In this document: piece after piece, positions 49,905 to 64,000 of the stretch
How positions within the stretch are numbered: the stretch's first letter is position 1
Layout: the number at the start of each line of letters is the position of its first letter
Source: Tubulanus polymorphus
Taxonomy: Eukaryota; Animalia; Nemertea
Reading direction: 5' to 3'
Length of the DNA: 64,000 nt
NCBI RefSeq assembly: GCF_964204645.1
Contig: NC_134028.1
Location: 13,253,263-13,317,262, forward strand
Notes under the pieces: generated by a model
Told to the model about the DNA's origin: nothing
The model's database searches: none
The model's input: the letters and a program-made list of their open reading frames with translations, nothing else
Made by a program: the position numbers and the translations under genes

Positions 49905-52900
49905 GCCCAAAAACAAAATATAACACCAAAATAATGAATTGTCGCGGGCGTCAAAACCAAAAGAATTGTCGCGGGCGACAAAACCAAAAAAAGAATTGTG
50001 GGGGCAACAAAACCAAAATAATGAATTGTCGCGGGCGACAAAACCAAAATGGTGAATTGTCGCGGGCGACAAAACAAAAATAATGAATTGTCGCGGGCGA
50101 TAAAACCAAAATGATGAATTGTCTTGGGCGACAAATCCTGTTCAACGGTGGATTTCAACAAAGCATTTGATAAGGCTCAACATCAGCCATTACTGAACAG
50201 GCTATTAGGAAACAGTATCAATGATGGCGCCCAAAAACAAAATATAACACCAAAATAATGAATTGTCGCGGGCGTCAAAACCAAAAGAATTGTCGCGGGC
50301 GACAAAACCAAAAAAAGAATTGTGGGGGCAACAAAACCAAAATAATGAATTGTCGCGGGCGACAAAACCAAAATGGTGAATTGTCGCGGGCGACAAAACC
50401 AAAATAATGAATTGTCGCGGGCGATAAAACCAAAATGATGAATTGTCTTGGGCGACAAAACCAAAATAATGAATTGTCGCGGGCGATAAAACCAAAAGTA
50501 ATGAATAATCGCGGGCGATAAAACCAAAATATTGAATTGTCGCGGGCGATTAAACCAAAATAGTGAATTGTCGCGGGCGACAAAACCAAAATATTGAATT
50601 GTCGCGAGAACAAAACAAAAAAAAAAATTGTCGCGGGCGACTAAAACAAAATATAAAACCAAAAAAATGAATTGTCGCGGGCGACAAAACCAAAATAATG
50701 AATTGTCGCTGGAGATAAAACCAAAGTAATGAATTGTCGCAGGCGACAAAACCAAAATATTGAATTGTCACGGGCGACAAAACCAAAATATTGAATTGTC
50801 GCGGGCGACAAAACCAAACTAATGAATTGTCGCGGGCGACAAAACCAAAAAAAGAATTGTCGGGCGACAAAACCAAAATAATGAATTGTCGCGGGCGATA
50901 AAACCAAAATAATGAATTGTCGCGGGCGATAAAACCACAATAATGAATTGTCGCAGGCGTTAAAACCAAAATATTGAATTGTTGCGGGTGATAAAACCAA
51001 AATAATGAATTGTCGCGGACGACAGAAACAAACTATTGAATTGTTGCGTGCGACAAAACCAAAATAATGAATTGTCGCGGGCGACAAAACCAAACTAGGG
51101 GTCCAGGGACACCATGCTCACTTGGGCAGTGGTTTCAAATGCTCAACAATCTAACAATTTCAATACATAACGCCCTCTAGTGACCATATACAAAAACCAA
51201 TGACCTTGAAACCCACCACAATCATAGAACCTGTGAGCAGCTATGATTTTGTAATTGATTGTGATAACAAAATATGCCTCGTTACCAATTTAATATGGAA
51301 ATACTAAGTTATTCTACTATTCATTGGCCCCTGGTGACCATATACAAAACCCAATGACCTTAAAACTCACCACAATCGTAGTACATGTCATGAAATACAA
51401 CTTTGCAATTGATCATAGTAACAAAATATGCCGAGGTACCAATCTAATAAGGAAATACTAAGCCATTCTACTATTCAGCGCCCCCTGGTGACTATATGGA
51501 ATAACTAATGTCCTTAAAAACTCACCACAATCATAGACGATGTCATGAACTACAACTTTGCAATGGATCATGGTAACAAACTATGCCTAGTTACCAATCT
51601 AATAAGGAAAAACTAAGCTTTTCTACTATTCAACGCCCCCTGGTGACTATATGGAATAACTAATGTCCTTAAAAACTCACCACAATCATAGTCGATGTCA
51701 TGAACTACAACTTTGCCATTGATCATGGTAACAAAATATGCCTTGGTACAAATATAATATAGCGATACTAAGTTATTGTATTATTCAACGCCATTGATGG
51801 CCACATACAAAAACCAATGACCTTGAAACTCACCAAAATCATAGAACACGTTATGGGCTACAACTTTCCAATTGAATATAGTAACACAATATGCTTAGGT
51901 ATCAATTAATTGTGGAAAAACTTTTTTCCACCTACGAATGAGTACTGATGACACCAAGATGGCCGCCAATTGCGTCATAATTGGCTGATCAAAAATACCT
52001 GTCCCAGGTATAAAACATCCCTCTCTACAGAATATCCATCAGCAATTGCAATGAGAAATGGAAAACCAGTAGGAAGCTACAGGACCTAGAATTCTGGCCA
52101 AAATTGACATTTTTGGGCACTAAAAAGGTCATAGGACAGTCATCTTGAGTCAGATCGACCCAATTTTCTTATGCTGATGGGCCTTTGGTAGATTCAAATA
52201 TAAACGAAATATCAAGGTAATTGATCAAAGCGTCTTAAAAATTTTCTTCGGGCGACAAAACCAAAAATAATGATTTGTCGCGGGCGCCCAAAAACAAAAC
52301 ATAACACCAAAATAATGAATTGTCGCGGGCGTCAAAACCAAAAGAATTGTCGCGGGCGACAAAACCAAAAAAAGAATTTTGGGGGGAACAAAACCAAAAT
52401 AATGAATTGTCGCGGGCGACAAAACCGAAATGGTGAATTGTCGCGGGCGACAAAACCAAAATAATGAATTGTCGCGGGCGATAAAACCAAAATGATGAAT
52501 TGTCTTGGGCGACAAAACCAAAATAATGAATTGTTGCGGGCGATAAAACCAAAAGTAATGAATAATCGCGGGCGATAAAACCAAAATATTGAATTGTCGC
52601 GGTCGGTTAAACCAAAATAGTGAATTGTCGCGGGCGACAAAACCAAAATATTGAATTGTCGCGAGAACAAAACCAAAAAAAAATTGTCGCGGGCGACTAA
52701 AACAAAATATAAAACCAAAAAAATGAATTGTCGCGGGCGACAAAACCAAAATAATGAATTGTCGCTGGAGATAAAACCAAAGTAATGAATTGTCGCAGGC
52801 GACAAAACCAAAATATTGAATTGTCACGGGCGACAAAACCAAAATATTGAATTGTCGCGGGCGACAAAACCAAAATAATGAATTGTCGCGGGCGACAAAA

Positions 52901-55900
52901 CCAAAAAAAGAATTGTCGGACGACAAAACCAAAATAATGAATTGTCGCGGGCGATAAAACCAAAATAATGAATTGTCGCGGGCGATAAAACTAAAAATAA
53001 TGAATTATCGCGGGCGACAAAACCAAAAAAAGAATTGTCGGGCGATAAAACCAAAATAATGAATTGTCGCGGGCGATAAAACCAAAATAATGAATTGTCG
53101 CGGGCGATAAAACTAAAAATAATGAATTATCGCGGGCGACAAAACCAAAAAAAGAATTGTCGGACGATAAAACCAAAATAATGAATTGTCGCGGGCGATA
53201 AAACCAAAATAATGAATTGTCGCGGGCGATAAAACCAAAATAAAGAATTGTCGCGGGCGACAAAACCAAAATGGTGAATTGTCACGGGCGACAAAACCAA
53301 AATAATGAATTGTCGCGGGCGACAAAACCAAAATAATGAATTGTAGCTGGAGATAAAACCAAAGTAATGAATTGTCGCAGGCGACAAAACCAAAATATTG
53401 AATTGTCACGGGCGACAAAACCAAAATATTGAATTGTCGCGGGCGACAAAACCAAAATAATGAATTGTCGCGTGCGACAAAACCAAAAAAAGAATTGTCG
53501 GGCGACAAAACCAAAATAATGAATTGTCGCGGGCGATAAAACCAAAATAATGAATTGTCGCGGGCGATAAAACTAAAAATAATGAATTATCGCGGGCGAC
53601 AAAACCAAAAAAAGAATTGTCGGGCGATAAAACCAAAATAATGAATTGTCGGGGGCGATAAAACCAAAATAATGAATTGTCGCGGGCGATAAAACTAAAA
53701 ATAATGAATTATCGCGGGCGACAAAACCAAAAAAAGAATTGTCGGGCGATAAAACCAAAATAATGAATTGTCGGGGGCGATAAAACCAAAATAATGAATT
53801 GTCGCGGGCGATAAAACCAAAATAATGAATTGTCGCGGGCGATAAAACCACAATAATGAATTGTCGCAGGCGTTAAAACCAAAATATTGAATTGTTGCGG
53901 GTGATAAAACCAAAATAATGAATTGTCGCGGACGACAGAAACAAACTATTGAATTGTTGCGTGCGACAAAACCAAAATAATGAATTGTCGCGGGCGACAA
54001 AACCAAACTAGGGGTCCAGGGACACCATGCTCACTTGGGCAGTGGTTTCAAATGCTCAACAATCTAACAATTTCAATACATAACGCCCTCTAGTGACCAT
54101 ATACAAAAACCAATGACCTTGAAACCCACCACAATCATAGAACCTGTGAGCAGCTATGATTTTGTAATTGATTGTGATAACAAAATATGCCTCGTTACCA
54201 ATTTAATATGGAAATACTAAGTTATTCTACTATTCATTGGCCCCTGGTGACCATATACAAAACCCAATGACCTTAAAACTCACCACAATCGTAGTACATG
54301 TCATGAAATACAACTTTGCAATTGATCATAGTAACAAAATATGCCGAGGTACCAATCTAATAAGGAAATACTAAGCCATTCTACTATTCAGCGCCCCCTG
54401 GTGACTATATGGAATAACTAATGTCCTTAAAAACTCACCACAATCATAGACGATGTCATGAACTACAACTTTGCAATGGATCATGGTAACAAACTATGCC
54501 TAGTTACCAATCTAATAAGGAAAAACTAAGCTTTTCTACTATTCAACGCCCCCTGGTGACTATATGGAATAACTAATGTCCTTAAAAACTCACCACAATC
54601 ATAGTCGATGTCATGAACTACAACTTTGCCATTGATCATGGTGACAAAATATGCCTTGGTACAAATATAATATCGCGATACTAAGTTATTGTATTATTCA
54701 ACGCCATTGATGGCCACATACAAAAACCAATGACCTTGAAACTCACCAAAATCATAGAACACGTTATGGGCTACAACTTTCCAATTGAATATAGTAACAC
54801 AATATGCTTAGGTATCAATTAATTGTGGAAAAACTTTTTTCCACCTACGAATGAGTACTGATGACACCAAGATGGCCGCCAATTGCGTCATAATTGGCTG
54901 ATCAAAAATACCTGTCCCAGGTATAAAACATCCCTCTCTACAGAATATCCATCAGCAATTGCAATGAGAAATGGAAAACCAGTAGGAAGCTACAGGACCT
55001 AGAATTCTGGCCAAAATTGACATTTTTGGGCACTAAAAAGGTCATAGGACAGTCATCTTGAGTCAGATCGACCCAATTTTCTTATGCTGATGGGCCTTTG
55101 GTAGATTCAAATATAAACGAAATATCAAGGTAATTGATCAAAGCGTCTTAAAAATTTTCTTCGGGCGACAAAACCAAAAATAATGATTTGTCGCGGGCGC
55201 CCAAAAACAAAACATAACACCAAAATAATGAATTGTCGCGGGCGTCAAAACCAAAAGAATTGTCGCGGGCGACAAAACCAAAAAAAGAATTGTGGGGGCA
55301 ACAAAACCAAAATAATGAATTGTCGCGGGCGACAAAACCGAAATGGTGAATTGTCGCGGGCGACAAAACCAAAATAATGAATTGTCGCGGGCGATAAAAC
55401 CAAAATGATGAATTGTCTTGGGCGACAAAACCAAAATAATGAATTGTTGCGGGCGATAAAACCAAAAGTAATGAATAATCGCGGGCGATAAAACCAAAAT
55501 ATTGAATTGTCGCGGTCGATTAAACCAAAATAGTGAATTGTCGCGGGCGACAAAACCAAAATATTGAATTGTCGCGAGAACAAAACCAAAAAAAAATTGT
55601 CGCGGGCGACTAAAACAAAATATAAAACCAAAAAAATGAATTGTCGCGGGCGACAAAACCAAAATAATGAATTGTCGCTGGAGATAAAACCAAAGTAATG
55701 AATTGTCGCAGGCGACAAAACCAAAATATTGAATTGTCACGGGCGACAAAACCAAAATATTGAATTGTCGCGGGCGACAAAACCAAAATAATGAATTGTC
55801 GCGGGCGACAAAACCAAAAAAAGAATTGTCGGACGACAAAACCAAAATAATGAATTGTCGCGGGCGATAAAACCAAAATAATGAATTGTCGCGGGCGATA

Positions 55901-58710
55901 AAACTAAAAATAATGAATTATCGCGGGCGACAAAACCAAAAAAAGAATTGTCGGGCGATAAAACCAAAATAATGAATTGTCGCGGGCGATAAAACCAAAA
56001 TAATGAATTGTCGCGGGCGATAAAACTAAAAATAATGAATTATCGCGGGCGACAAAACCAAAAAAAGAATTGTCGGACGATAAAACCAAAATAATGAATT
56101 GTCGCGGGTGATAAAACCAAAATAATGAATTGTCGCGGGCGATAAAACCAAAATAAAGAATTGTCGCGGGCGACAAAACCAAAATGGTGAATTGTCACGG
56201 GCGACAAAACCAAAATAATGAATTGTCGCGGGCGACAAAACCAAAATAATGAATTGTAGCTGGAGATAAAACCAAAGTAATGAATTGTCGCAGGCGACAA
56301 AACCAAAATATTGAATTGTCACGGGCGACAAAACCAAAATATTGAATTGTCGCGGGCGACAAAACCAAAATAATGAATTGTCGCGTGCGACAAAACCAAA
56401 AAAAGAATTGTCGGGCGACAAAACCAAAATAATGAATTGTCGCGGGCGATAAAACCAAAATAATGAATTGTCGCGGGCGATAAAACTAAAAATAATGAAT
56501 TATCGCGGGCGACAAAACCAAAAAAAGAATTGTCGGGCGATAAAACCAAAATAATGAATTGTCGGGGGCGATAAAACCAAAATAATGAATTGTCGCGGGC
56601 GATAAAACCAAAATAATGAATTGTCGCGGGTGACAAAACCAAAATGGTGAATTGTCGCGGGCGATAATACCAAAATGATGAATTGTCTCGGGCAACAAAA
56701 CCGAATAATGAATTGTCGCGGGGGATAAAACCAAAAATAATGAATTATCGCGGGCGATAAAACCAAAATATTGTTTTGTCGCGGGCGACAAAACCAAACT
56801 TACGAATTGTCGCGGGTGACAAAAACAAAAAAAAGAATTGTGGGGTGACAAAACCAAAATAATGAATTGTCGCGGGCGACAAAACCAAAATGGTGAATTG
56901 TCCAGGCGACAAAACCAAAATGGTGAATTTTCGCGGGCAACAAAACCAAAATGATGAATTGTCTCGGGCGACAAAACCAAAAAATTATGAATTGTCGCAG
57001 GCGATAAAACCAAAATAATGAATTATCGCCGGCGATAAAACCAAAATCTTGAATTGTCGCGGGCGATTAAACCAAAATAATGAATTGTCGCTGGCGACAA
57101 AACCAAAATATTGAATTGTCGCGGGCGACAAAACCAAAAAGAATATTGTCGCGGGCGACTAAAACAAAATATAAAACCAAAATAATGAATTGTCGCGGGC
57201 GACAAGACCAAAAAGAAGAATTGTCGCGGGCGACAAAACCAAAATAATGAATTGTCGCTGGAGATAAAACCAAAGTAATGAATTGTCGTGGGCGATTAAA
57301 CCAAAATATTGAATTGCCGCGGGCGATAAAACCAAAATATTGAATTGTCGCAGGCGACAAAACCAAACTAATGAATTGTTGCGGGCGACAAAACCAAAAT
57401 ATTGAATTGTCGCGGGCGACAAAACCAAAAAAAATATTGTCGCGGGCGACTAAAACAAAATATAAAACCAAAATAATGAATTGTCGCGGGCGACAAAACC
57501 AAAAAGAAGAATTGTCGCGGGCGACAAAACCAAAATAATGAATTGTCGCTGGAGATAAAACCAAAGTAATGAATTGTCGTGGGCGATTAAACCAAAATAT
57601 TGAATTGTCGCGGGCGACAAAACCAAAATAATGAATTGTCGCGGGCGATAAAACCAAAATAATGAATTGTCGCGGGCGATAAAACCAAAATAATGAATTG
57701 TCGCAGGTGACAAAACCAAAATGGTGAATTGTCGCGGGTGACAAAACCAAAATGGTGAATTGTCGCGGGCGACAAAACCAAAATAATGAATTGTCGCGGG
57801 TGATAAAACCGTAATAATGAATTGTCGCCGGCGATAAAACCAAAATAATGATTTGTCTAGGGCGATAAAACCGTAATAATGAATTGTCGCTGGCGATAAA
57901 ACCAAAGTAGTGAATTGTCGTGGGCGACAAAACCAAAATATTGAATTGTCACAGGCGACAAAACCAAAATAATGAATTGTCGCAAGCGACAAAACCAAAC
58001 TTACGAATTGTCGCGGGTGACAAAACCAAAAAAAGAATTGTGGGGCGACAAAACCAAAATAATGAATTGTCGCGGGCGACAAAACCAAAATGGTGAATTG
58101 TCCAGGCGACAAAACCAAAATGGTGAATTTTCGCGGGCGACAAAACCAAAATAATGAATTGTCGCGGGCGATAAAACCAAAATGATGAATTGTCTCGAGC
58201 GACAAAACCAAAAAATTATGAATTGTCGCAGGCGATAAAACCAAAATAAAGAATTATCGCCGGCGATAAAACCAAAATATTGAATTGTCGCGGGCGATTA
58301 AACCAAAATAATGAATTGTCGCGGGCGACAAAACCAAAATATTGAATTGTCGCGGGCGACAAAACCAAAAAGAATATTGTCGCGGGCGACTAAAACAAAA
58401 TATAAAACCAAAATAATGAATTGTCGCGGGTGACAAAAACAAAATATAAAACCAAAATAATGAATTGTCGCGGGCAACAAAACCAAAATAATGAATTGTC
58501 GCTGGCGATAAAACCAAAGTAGTGAATTGTCGTGGGCGATAAAACCAAAAATATTGAATTTTCGCGGGCGACAAAACCAAAATAATGAATTGTCGCAAAC
58601 GATAAAACCAAAATAATGAATTGTCGCGGGCGATAAAACCAAAATATTGAATTGTCCCATGTGACAAAACCAAAATAATGAATTATCGCGGGCGACAAAA
58701 TCAAAATCAT
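49905..58710. repeat. Expanded 31-bp satellite (49905-51093, 52245-54005, 55158-58710) interrupted by truncated HINE-C copies (51092-52245, 54005-55158)
   Basis: Same consensus as 27525. Further arrays at 41450-41720, 45240-45810 and 61600-62595. Confidence 0.95.
50850..56600. repeat. 2913-bp tandem segmental duplication
   Basis: Diagnostic variants are offset by 2913 (50932/53845; ORFs 52225/55138, 53113/56026). A separate 324-bp duplication lies at 49810/50134. Confidence 0.9.
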
Positions 58711-61700
58711 TGTTTTCTCGCGTTATTTTAGTTTTATCGTTTTGTCGTAATGTCGCCCTCATTTGCATATTCGTGTTTTTTTATCTTATCAGCCACCATA
58801 CTAAAGCCTTAAGGTCGCGTAAAACTCGATAAACACTTCAAGCCACACAGCGAACGATCTCCTTTCCCCCACAGCGAACGCTTACTCCGAATGTCAAGTG
58901 TGAGTCCAGCATACGGATAGGAGTGTGTTATATACTTGTATTTAGTAAATACCTTGTGCATTTGACAATGATCGGTATGCACTGTAGGAAATATAGAGTA
59001 TTGATAAATGGTTGAAGCCCGCGGCCGAATAAAGTAATATATTCTTTTATTTTGATACCTCGTCGACATAACAGCTTTTCTCCGCCATATCTCTTCGGCC
59101 TGTTTAGTTTAGGCCTACGATTCCCCGGTACACTAAAGATTTATCTTAGTAAATACACGGTTAATTCGGTAAAGAAAAATAGGTATTGTTAAACTAACTC
59201 CTTGAAACCCGCAGCCAAATCACTGGTAGTAATAAATTAATTTGTACTCGATTTGATTCTCATGATGAGGAGAAACTCGCAGCTGATCCCCGGAACGACG
59301 ATGTAGTAACACACGTCGATTCGTCGATGTTTACGGCTCGACAGTGCTTTTAAAATCTAAAGTAGTAAGTTTCCAGTGTATCGGTAATATGATTTGATGA
59401 GGAAAATGGGCTATTGTTAAAATCACTGCTTGAAGACCGCGACTGAATGTGAAGTCTGCGGCAATAAATTAGTTCATTTATACTTGAATTGATAATCGAA
59501 GTGACAGTCGGCCTGCGGGTTGATTTCGGGATGACGACTCGGAAAACATGTCGCCCCATTGAATGGGGCTAAATTTTCGATGTTTACAGCCCGACAGCGC
59601 TTTTGTAACGATGATTCGTGAAAAAACACGCGGGCTATTTGTAGATCTCAGTGAGCTGAACGATATTTTATGGATTGTATATGAAGCGGTATTACCAGCG
59701 GTAAGGTAACAAAGCCTATGTTCTTTTGGTAAAAATAGTGTGGAAGAAAATAATAATAAATATAGCTGCAAAGCAGCGATAACGGGTTTTCTGCACAGTC
59801 TTAGAATCCTGTTCAACGGTGGATTTCGACGAAGCATTTGATAAGGCACAACATCAGCCATTACTAAACAGGCTATTAGGAAACAGTATCAATTATAGGT
59901 CGCCCAAATGGCTCAGCAGTTATCTCTGAACGAAAACTTGTAGCCGAAATCAACGGAACGCTTCATCTTGGAATAAGTCGGTCAAACTAGTGGAGTCACG
60001 CAAGGTAGTATCCTAAGTTGTCTTCTGTTTAATGTCCTGACAAATGACATACACAGTAATCCAACATATACCAGACCGAGTAAATTTCCAAATCGACCTT
60101 AACACGCTGTTCGACCAAAAAACTTAATGTTCCAACAAGAAAACCTTGTTCGAATGAAAATAATTCTGTTTGATCGAACAATACGCTTTTTGCTTGAACC
60201 AAAAATTTTCTTCATTCTGACAAAAAATGTGTTCGAATAAAAAGCTATGTTATTGTTGAAATGAAATTTTCCCGGCAAAAAAATTTGGTCGAGCGAAAAC
60301 AATTTTTTCGAATGAATGTTTGAATGAAAACAATTCTGTTCGATTGAACTTTTTTCAATATACTTGTTCGAACGAAAAACTTAATGTTCTGACAAGAAAA
60401 TTCTGTTCAAATTAAAAAAGATTCTGTTCAATTGAACGATAGTTCGAACGAAAAACCTTTCGTTTGGACAAAAAAAAGTTTGTTCAACTTTGTTCTTACG
60501 ATTTTTTCAAATTGGTTCAATCGTATAGAATATTATTGGTTCGAACGAAATAAATTTTGTTCCGACGAAAGAATTTTCAAGCGAAAGGTCTTTTGAACGA
60601 AAAAAAAGATATTTCTGGTGCTCCGAAGTAACTTAAAGCCGGATGTAGGTTGGTCTTGTGACACGATGCGATCCTCGCGTTGCATCGCAAGTTTCAGTGC
60701 AAGTCGGTTGCAATACGATTGTGTGCGACTAGTTTCTGCCAGTCGCAAGAGCGCGTCGGTTGGTTGTGACAGTCGTGTCGCGTCGCAGAAAGTAGAACAC
60801 GTACGACTCCATGTGACTGGCGTTGCTGAAAGATGAGGACGCCAGTGATATGACGACTGAGTTTAAATTCGTCAAAACGTCACGATGTGTCAACATATTT
60901 ATGTTGACTTGATGCGATATATCGCGATATATCGACATAAATATGGCGACTTGTCGAGTTGGAACGCGACAACTCGAGGCCCTTTATCGCTTCCGTAGAT
61001 CTTTCATTAAGTAGGATCACTTGAATGATCGCTTTAATATCACTTTAAAAAAAAAAGAATCTGCCAAAATGACCTTAATATTCGACACTATATGTACAGA
61101 AGCGATAAGGGGCCTCGAGATGTCGCGTTCCAACTCGACAAGTCGCCATATTTATGTCAACATACCGCGATATATCGCGTCAAGTCGACATGAATATGTC
61201 GATATATCGTGACGTTTTGACGACATATTTTGTTTTCTCGACCATTTTCCTCGCGACAAGTCGACATATTCATGACGACTTGAAACTCAGTCGTCATATT
61301 ACTAGCGTCCTCATCTTACATTTAGACATGTCTTCAAATGACGGCTTGTCCCGTGGAAAATGAGCAAAAAAGCGAAATTTGTTGTGAAAACGTCACGATA
61401 TGTAGACATATTCATGTGGACTTGACGCGATATATCTCAATATATCGACATAAATATGGCGACTTGTCGAGTTTGAACGCGACAACTCGAGGCCCTTTAT
61501 CGCTTCCGTACTATATCAGATTATTCGACTTCAAAATAGGCGAAAGCATAAGTCTTTATTACGTTATTAATTGGCCTAATTATTCAAAAGCTAATAAAGT
61601 GGGCGACAAAACCAAAAAAATTAATTGTCGCGGGCGATAAAACCAAAATAATCATTTGTCGCTGGCGATAAAACCAAAATATTGAATTGTCACGGGCGAC

Positions 61701-64000
61701 AAAACCAAAAAATGAATTGTCGCGGGCGATAAAACTAAAATCTTGAATTGTCGCCGGCGACAAAACCAAAATATTGAATTGTCGCGGGCGACAAAACCAG
61801 ACTAATGAATAGTCGTGGGCGATAAAACCAAAATAATGAATTGTCGCTGGCGATAAAACCAAAATATTGAATTGTCGCAGGCGATAAAGCTAAAATATTG
61901 AATTGTAGCGTGGGACAAAACCAAAACATTGAATTGTCGCGGGCGAAAAAACGAAACTAATGAATTGTCGCGGGCGATAAAACAAAACCAAAATATTGAA
62001 GTGTCGCAGGCGATAAAACCGAAATATTGAAGTGTCGCAGGCGATAAAACCGCGACAAAAAAAAAATTGTCGCGGGCGATAAAACCAAAATAATGAATTG
62101 TCGCGGGCGATAAAACCAAAATACTGAATTGTCGCGGGTGACAAAACCAAAATATTGAATTGTCGCAGACGATAAAACCGCAACAAAAAAAAATTGTCGC
62201 AGACGATAAAACCAAAATAATGAATTGTCGCGGGCGATAAAACCAAAATAATGAATTTACGCGGGCGATAAAACCAAAATAATGAATTGTCGCTGGTGAT
62301 AAAACCAAAATATTGAATTGTTGCAGGCGATAAAACCAAAATAATGAATTGTCGCGGGCGATAAAACCAAAATAATGAATTGTCGCTGGTGATAAAACCA
62401 AAATATTGAATGTCGCAGGCAATAAAACCGCGACAAAAAAAAATTGTCGCAGGCGATAAAACCAAAATAATGAATTGTCGCGTGCAACAAAACCCAAATA
62501 ATGAACTGTCGCGGGCGATAAAACCAAAATAATGAATTGTCGCGGGCGATAAAACCAAAATAATGAATTGTCCCGGGCGACAAAACCAAAATTATTGTTT
62601 TGTCGCGTTATTTTAGTTTTGTCGTTTTGTCATAATGTCGCCCTCATTTGCATATACGTGTTTTTTTTACGCATGGCCCTTATCAGCCACCATACTAAAG
62701 CCTTAAGGTCGCGTAAAACTCGATAAACACTTCAAGCGACACAGCGAACGATCTCCTTTCCCCCACAGCGAACGCTTAACCTAGTAGAGGCTACTAGCCT
62801 ATGTAGGCCTAACATCCGGACAGATTGGTCGTAGGCCTATTGAATAACAACCCACCTAAATATCGTTAATTTTGTTTAAAGTTCAATCCAATGAGTCCGT
62901 TAATAAACGCAACAATTATACTGTGTTTGTTTGAGACAGTAAAGCTCAGTACCGGTAGGCCTAAAGCCGCGTCAAACTCGATAAACACTTCAAGCGACAC
63001 AGCGAACGATCCCTTTCCCCCACAGCGAACGCTTACTCCGAATGTCAAGTGTGAGTCCAGCATACGGAAAGGATTGTGTTATATACTTGTATTTAGTAAA
63101 TACCTTGTGCATTTGACAATGATCGGTATGTACTGTAGGAAATATAGAGTATTGATGGTATTGATATAGAGGTTGAAGCCCGCGGCCGAATAAAGTAATA
63201 TATTCTTTTATTTTGATACCTCGTCGACATAACAGCTTTTCTCCGCTATATCTCTTCGGCGTGTTTAGTTTAGGCCTACGATTCCCCGGTACACTAAAGA
63301 TTTATCTTAGTAAATACACGGTTAATTCGGTAAAGAAAAATAGGTATTGTTAAACTAACTCCTTGAAACCCGCAGCCAAATCACTGGTAGTAATAAATTA
63401 ATTTGTACTCGATTTGATTCTCATGATGAGGAGAAACTCGCAGCTGATCCCCGGAACGACGATGTAGTAACACACGTCGATTCGTCGATGTTTACGGCTC
63501 GACAGTGCTTTTAACATCTAAAGTAGTAAATTTCCAGTGTATCGGTAATATGATCTGATGAGGAAAATGGGCTATTGTTAAAATCACTGTTTGAAGACCG
63601 CGACTGAATGTGAAGTCTGCGGCAATAAATTAGTTCATTTATACTTGAATTGATAATCGAAGTGACAGTCGGCCTGCGGGTTGATTTCGGGATGACGACT
63701 CGAAAAACATGTCGCCCCATTGAATGGGGCTAAATTTTCGATGTTTACGGCCCGACAGCGCTTTTGTAACGATGATTCGTGAAAAAACACGCGGGCTATT
63801 TGTAGATCTCAGTGAGCTGAACGATATTATATGGATTGTATATGAAACAGCGGTAAGGTAACAAAGCCTATGTTCTTTTGGCAAAAATAGTGTGGAAGAA
63901 AATAATAATAATAATAATCACGCGGATATCAATAGGGTTTTCTGTGAAATAACAGAAAACCCTAATAATAATCACGCGGATATCAATAGGGTTTTCTGTG

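Larger units (their letters stand above)
41070..64000 (+). mobile_element. Stack of at least four self-nested HINE-A copies
   Basis: 5' ends at 41070, 47143, 49763 and 59758. The last three each directly follow tagtgtggaagaa(aat)n of the previous copy. 3' termini are stacked at 63901-63963 and 63964-64000+. Confidence 0.85.

Noticed and set aside
52245-58710. CRISPR-like regular ~31-bp repeats
   Set aside because: Units are contiguous with no unique spacers, there are no cas genes, and the context is eukaryotic.
49859-62589. Many overlapping MVLSPATIHYFGF... ORFs
   Set aside because: They are translations of the 31-bp satellite, which lacks stop codons on the minus strand; not genes.

Overview
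AT-rich eukaryotic (metazoan, probably marine invertebrate) DNA made mostly of transposable elements; most ORFs in the supplied track are spurious. One host gene is clear: the first three coding exons of SEC31 (COPII outer coat) on the minus strand at 16129-16017, 9549-9460 and 9376-9181. Its introns hold decayed Gypsy, BEL/Pao, hAT and two Sola-type elements. Upstream lie a DIRS1 fossil, a deep nest of MITEs, and a disrupted ~950-aa Academ/DUF6589-like transposase lying tail-to-tail with a PHD-finger exon. Next is a very AT-rich, intronless, virus-like gene cluster (C2H2 fingers plus a giant-virus-type HNH endonuclease). The HNH gene is cut at 41070 by a >23 kb stack of non-autonomous Helentron-type (HINE) elements. 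Each copy appears to have inserted into the (AAT)n microsatellite of the previous one, leaving stacked 3' termini at the window end. These HINEs carry a 31-bp satellite, a captured LINE RT fragment, CTCF/YY1-like motif arrays and a Penelope fragment with a hammerhead ribozyme. Paralog comparison shows TA->TAGGCCTA 6-bp micro-insertions. Family names come from motif recognition only; no database search was run.
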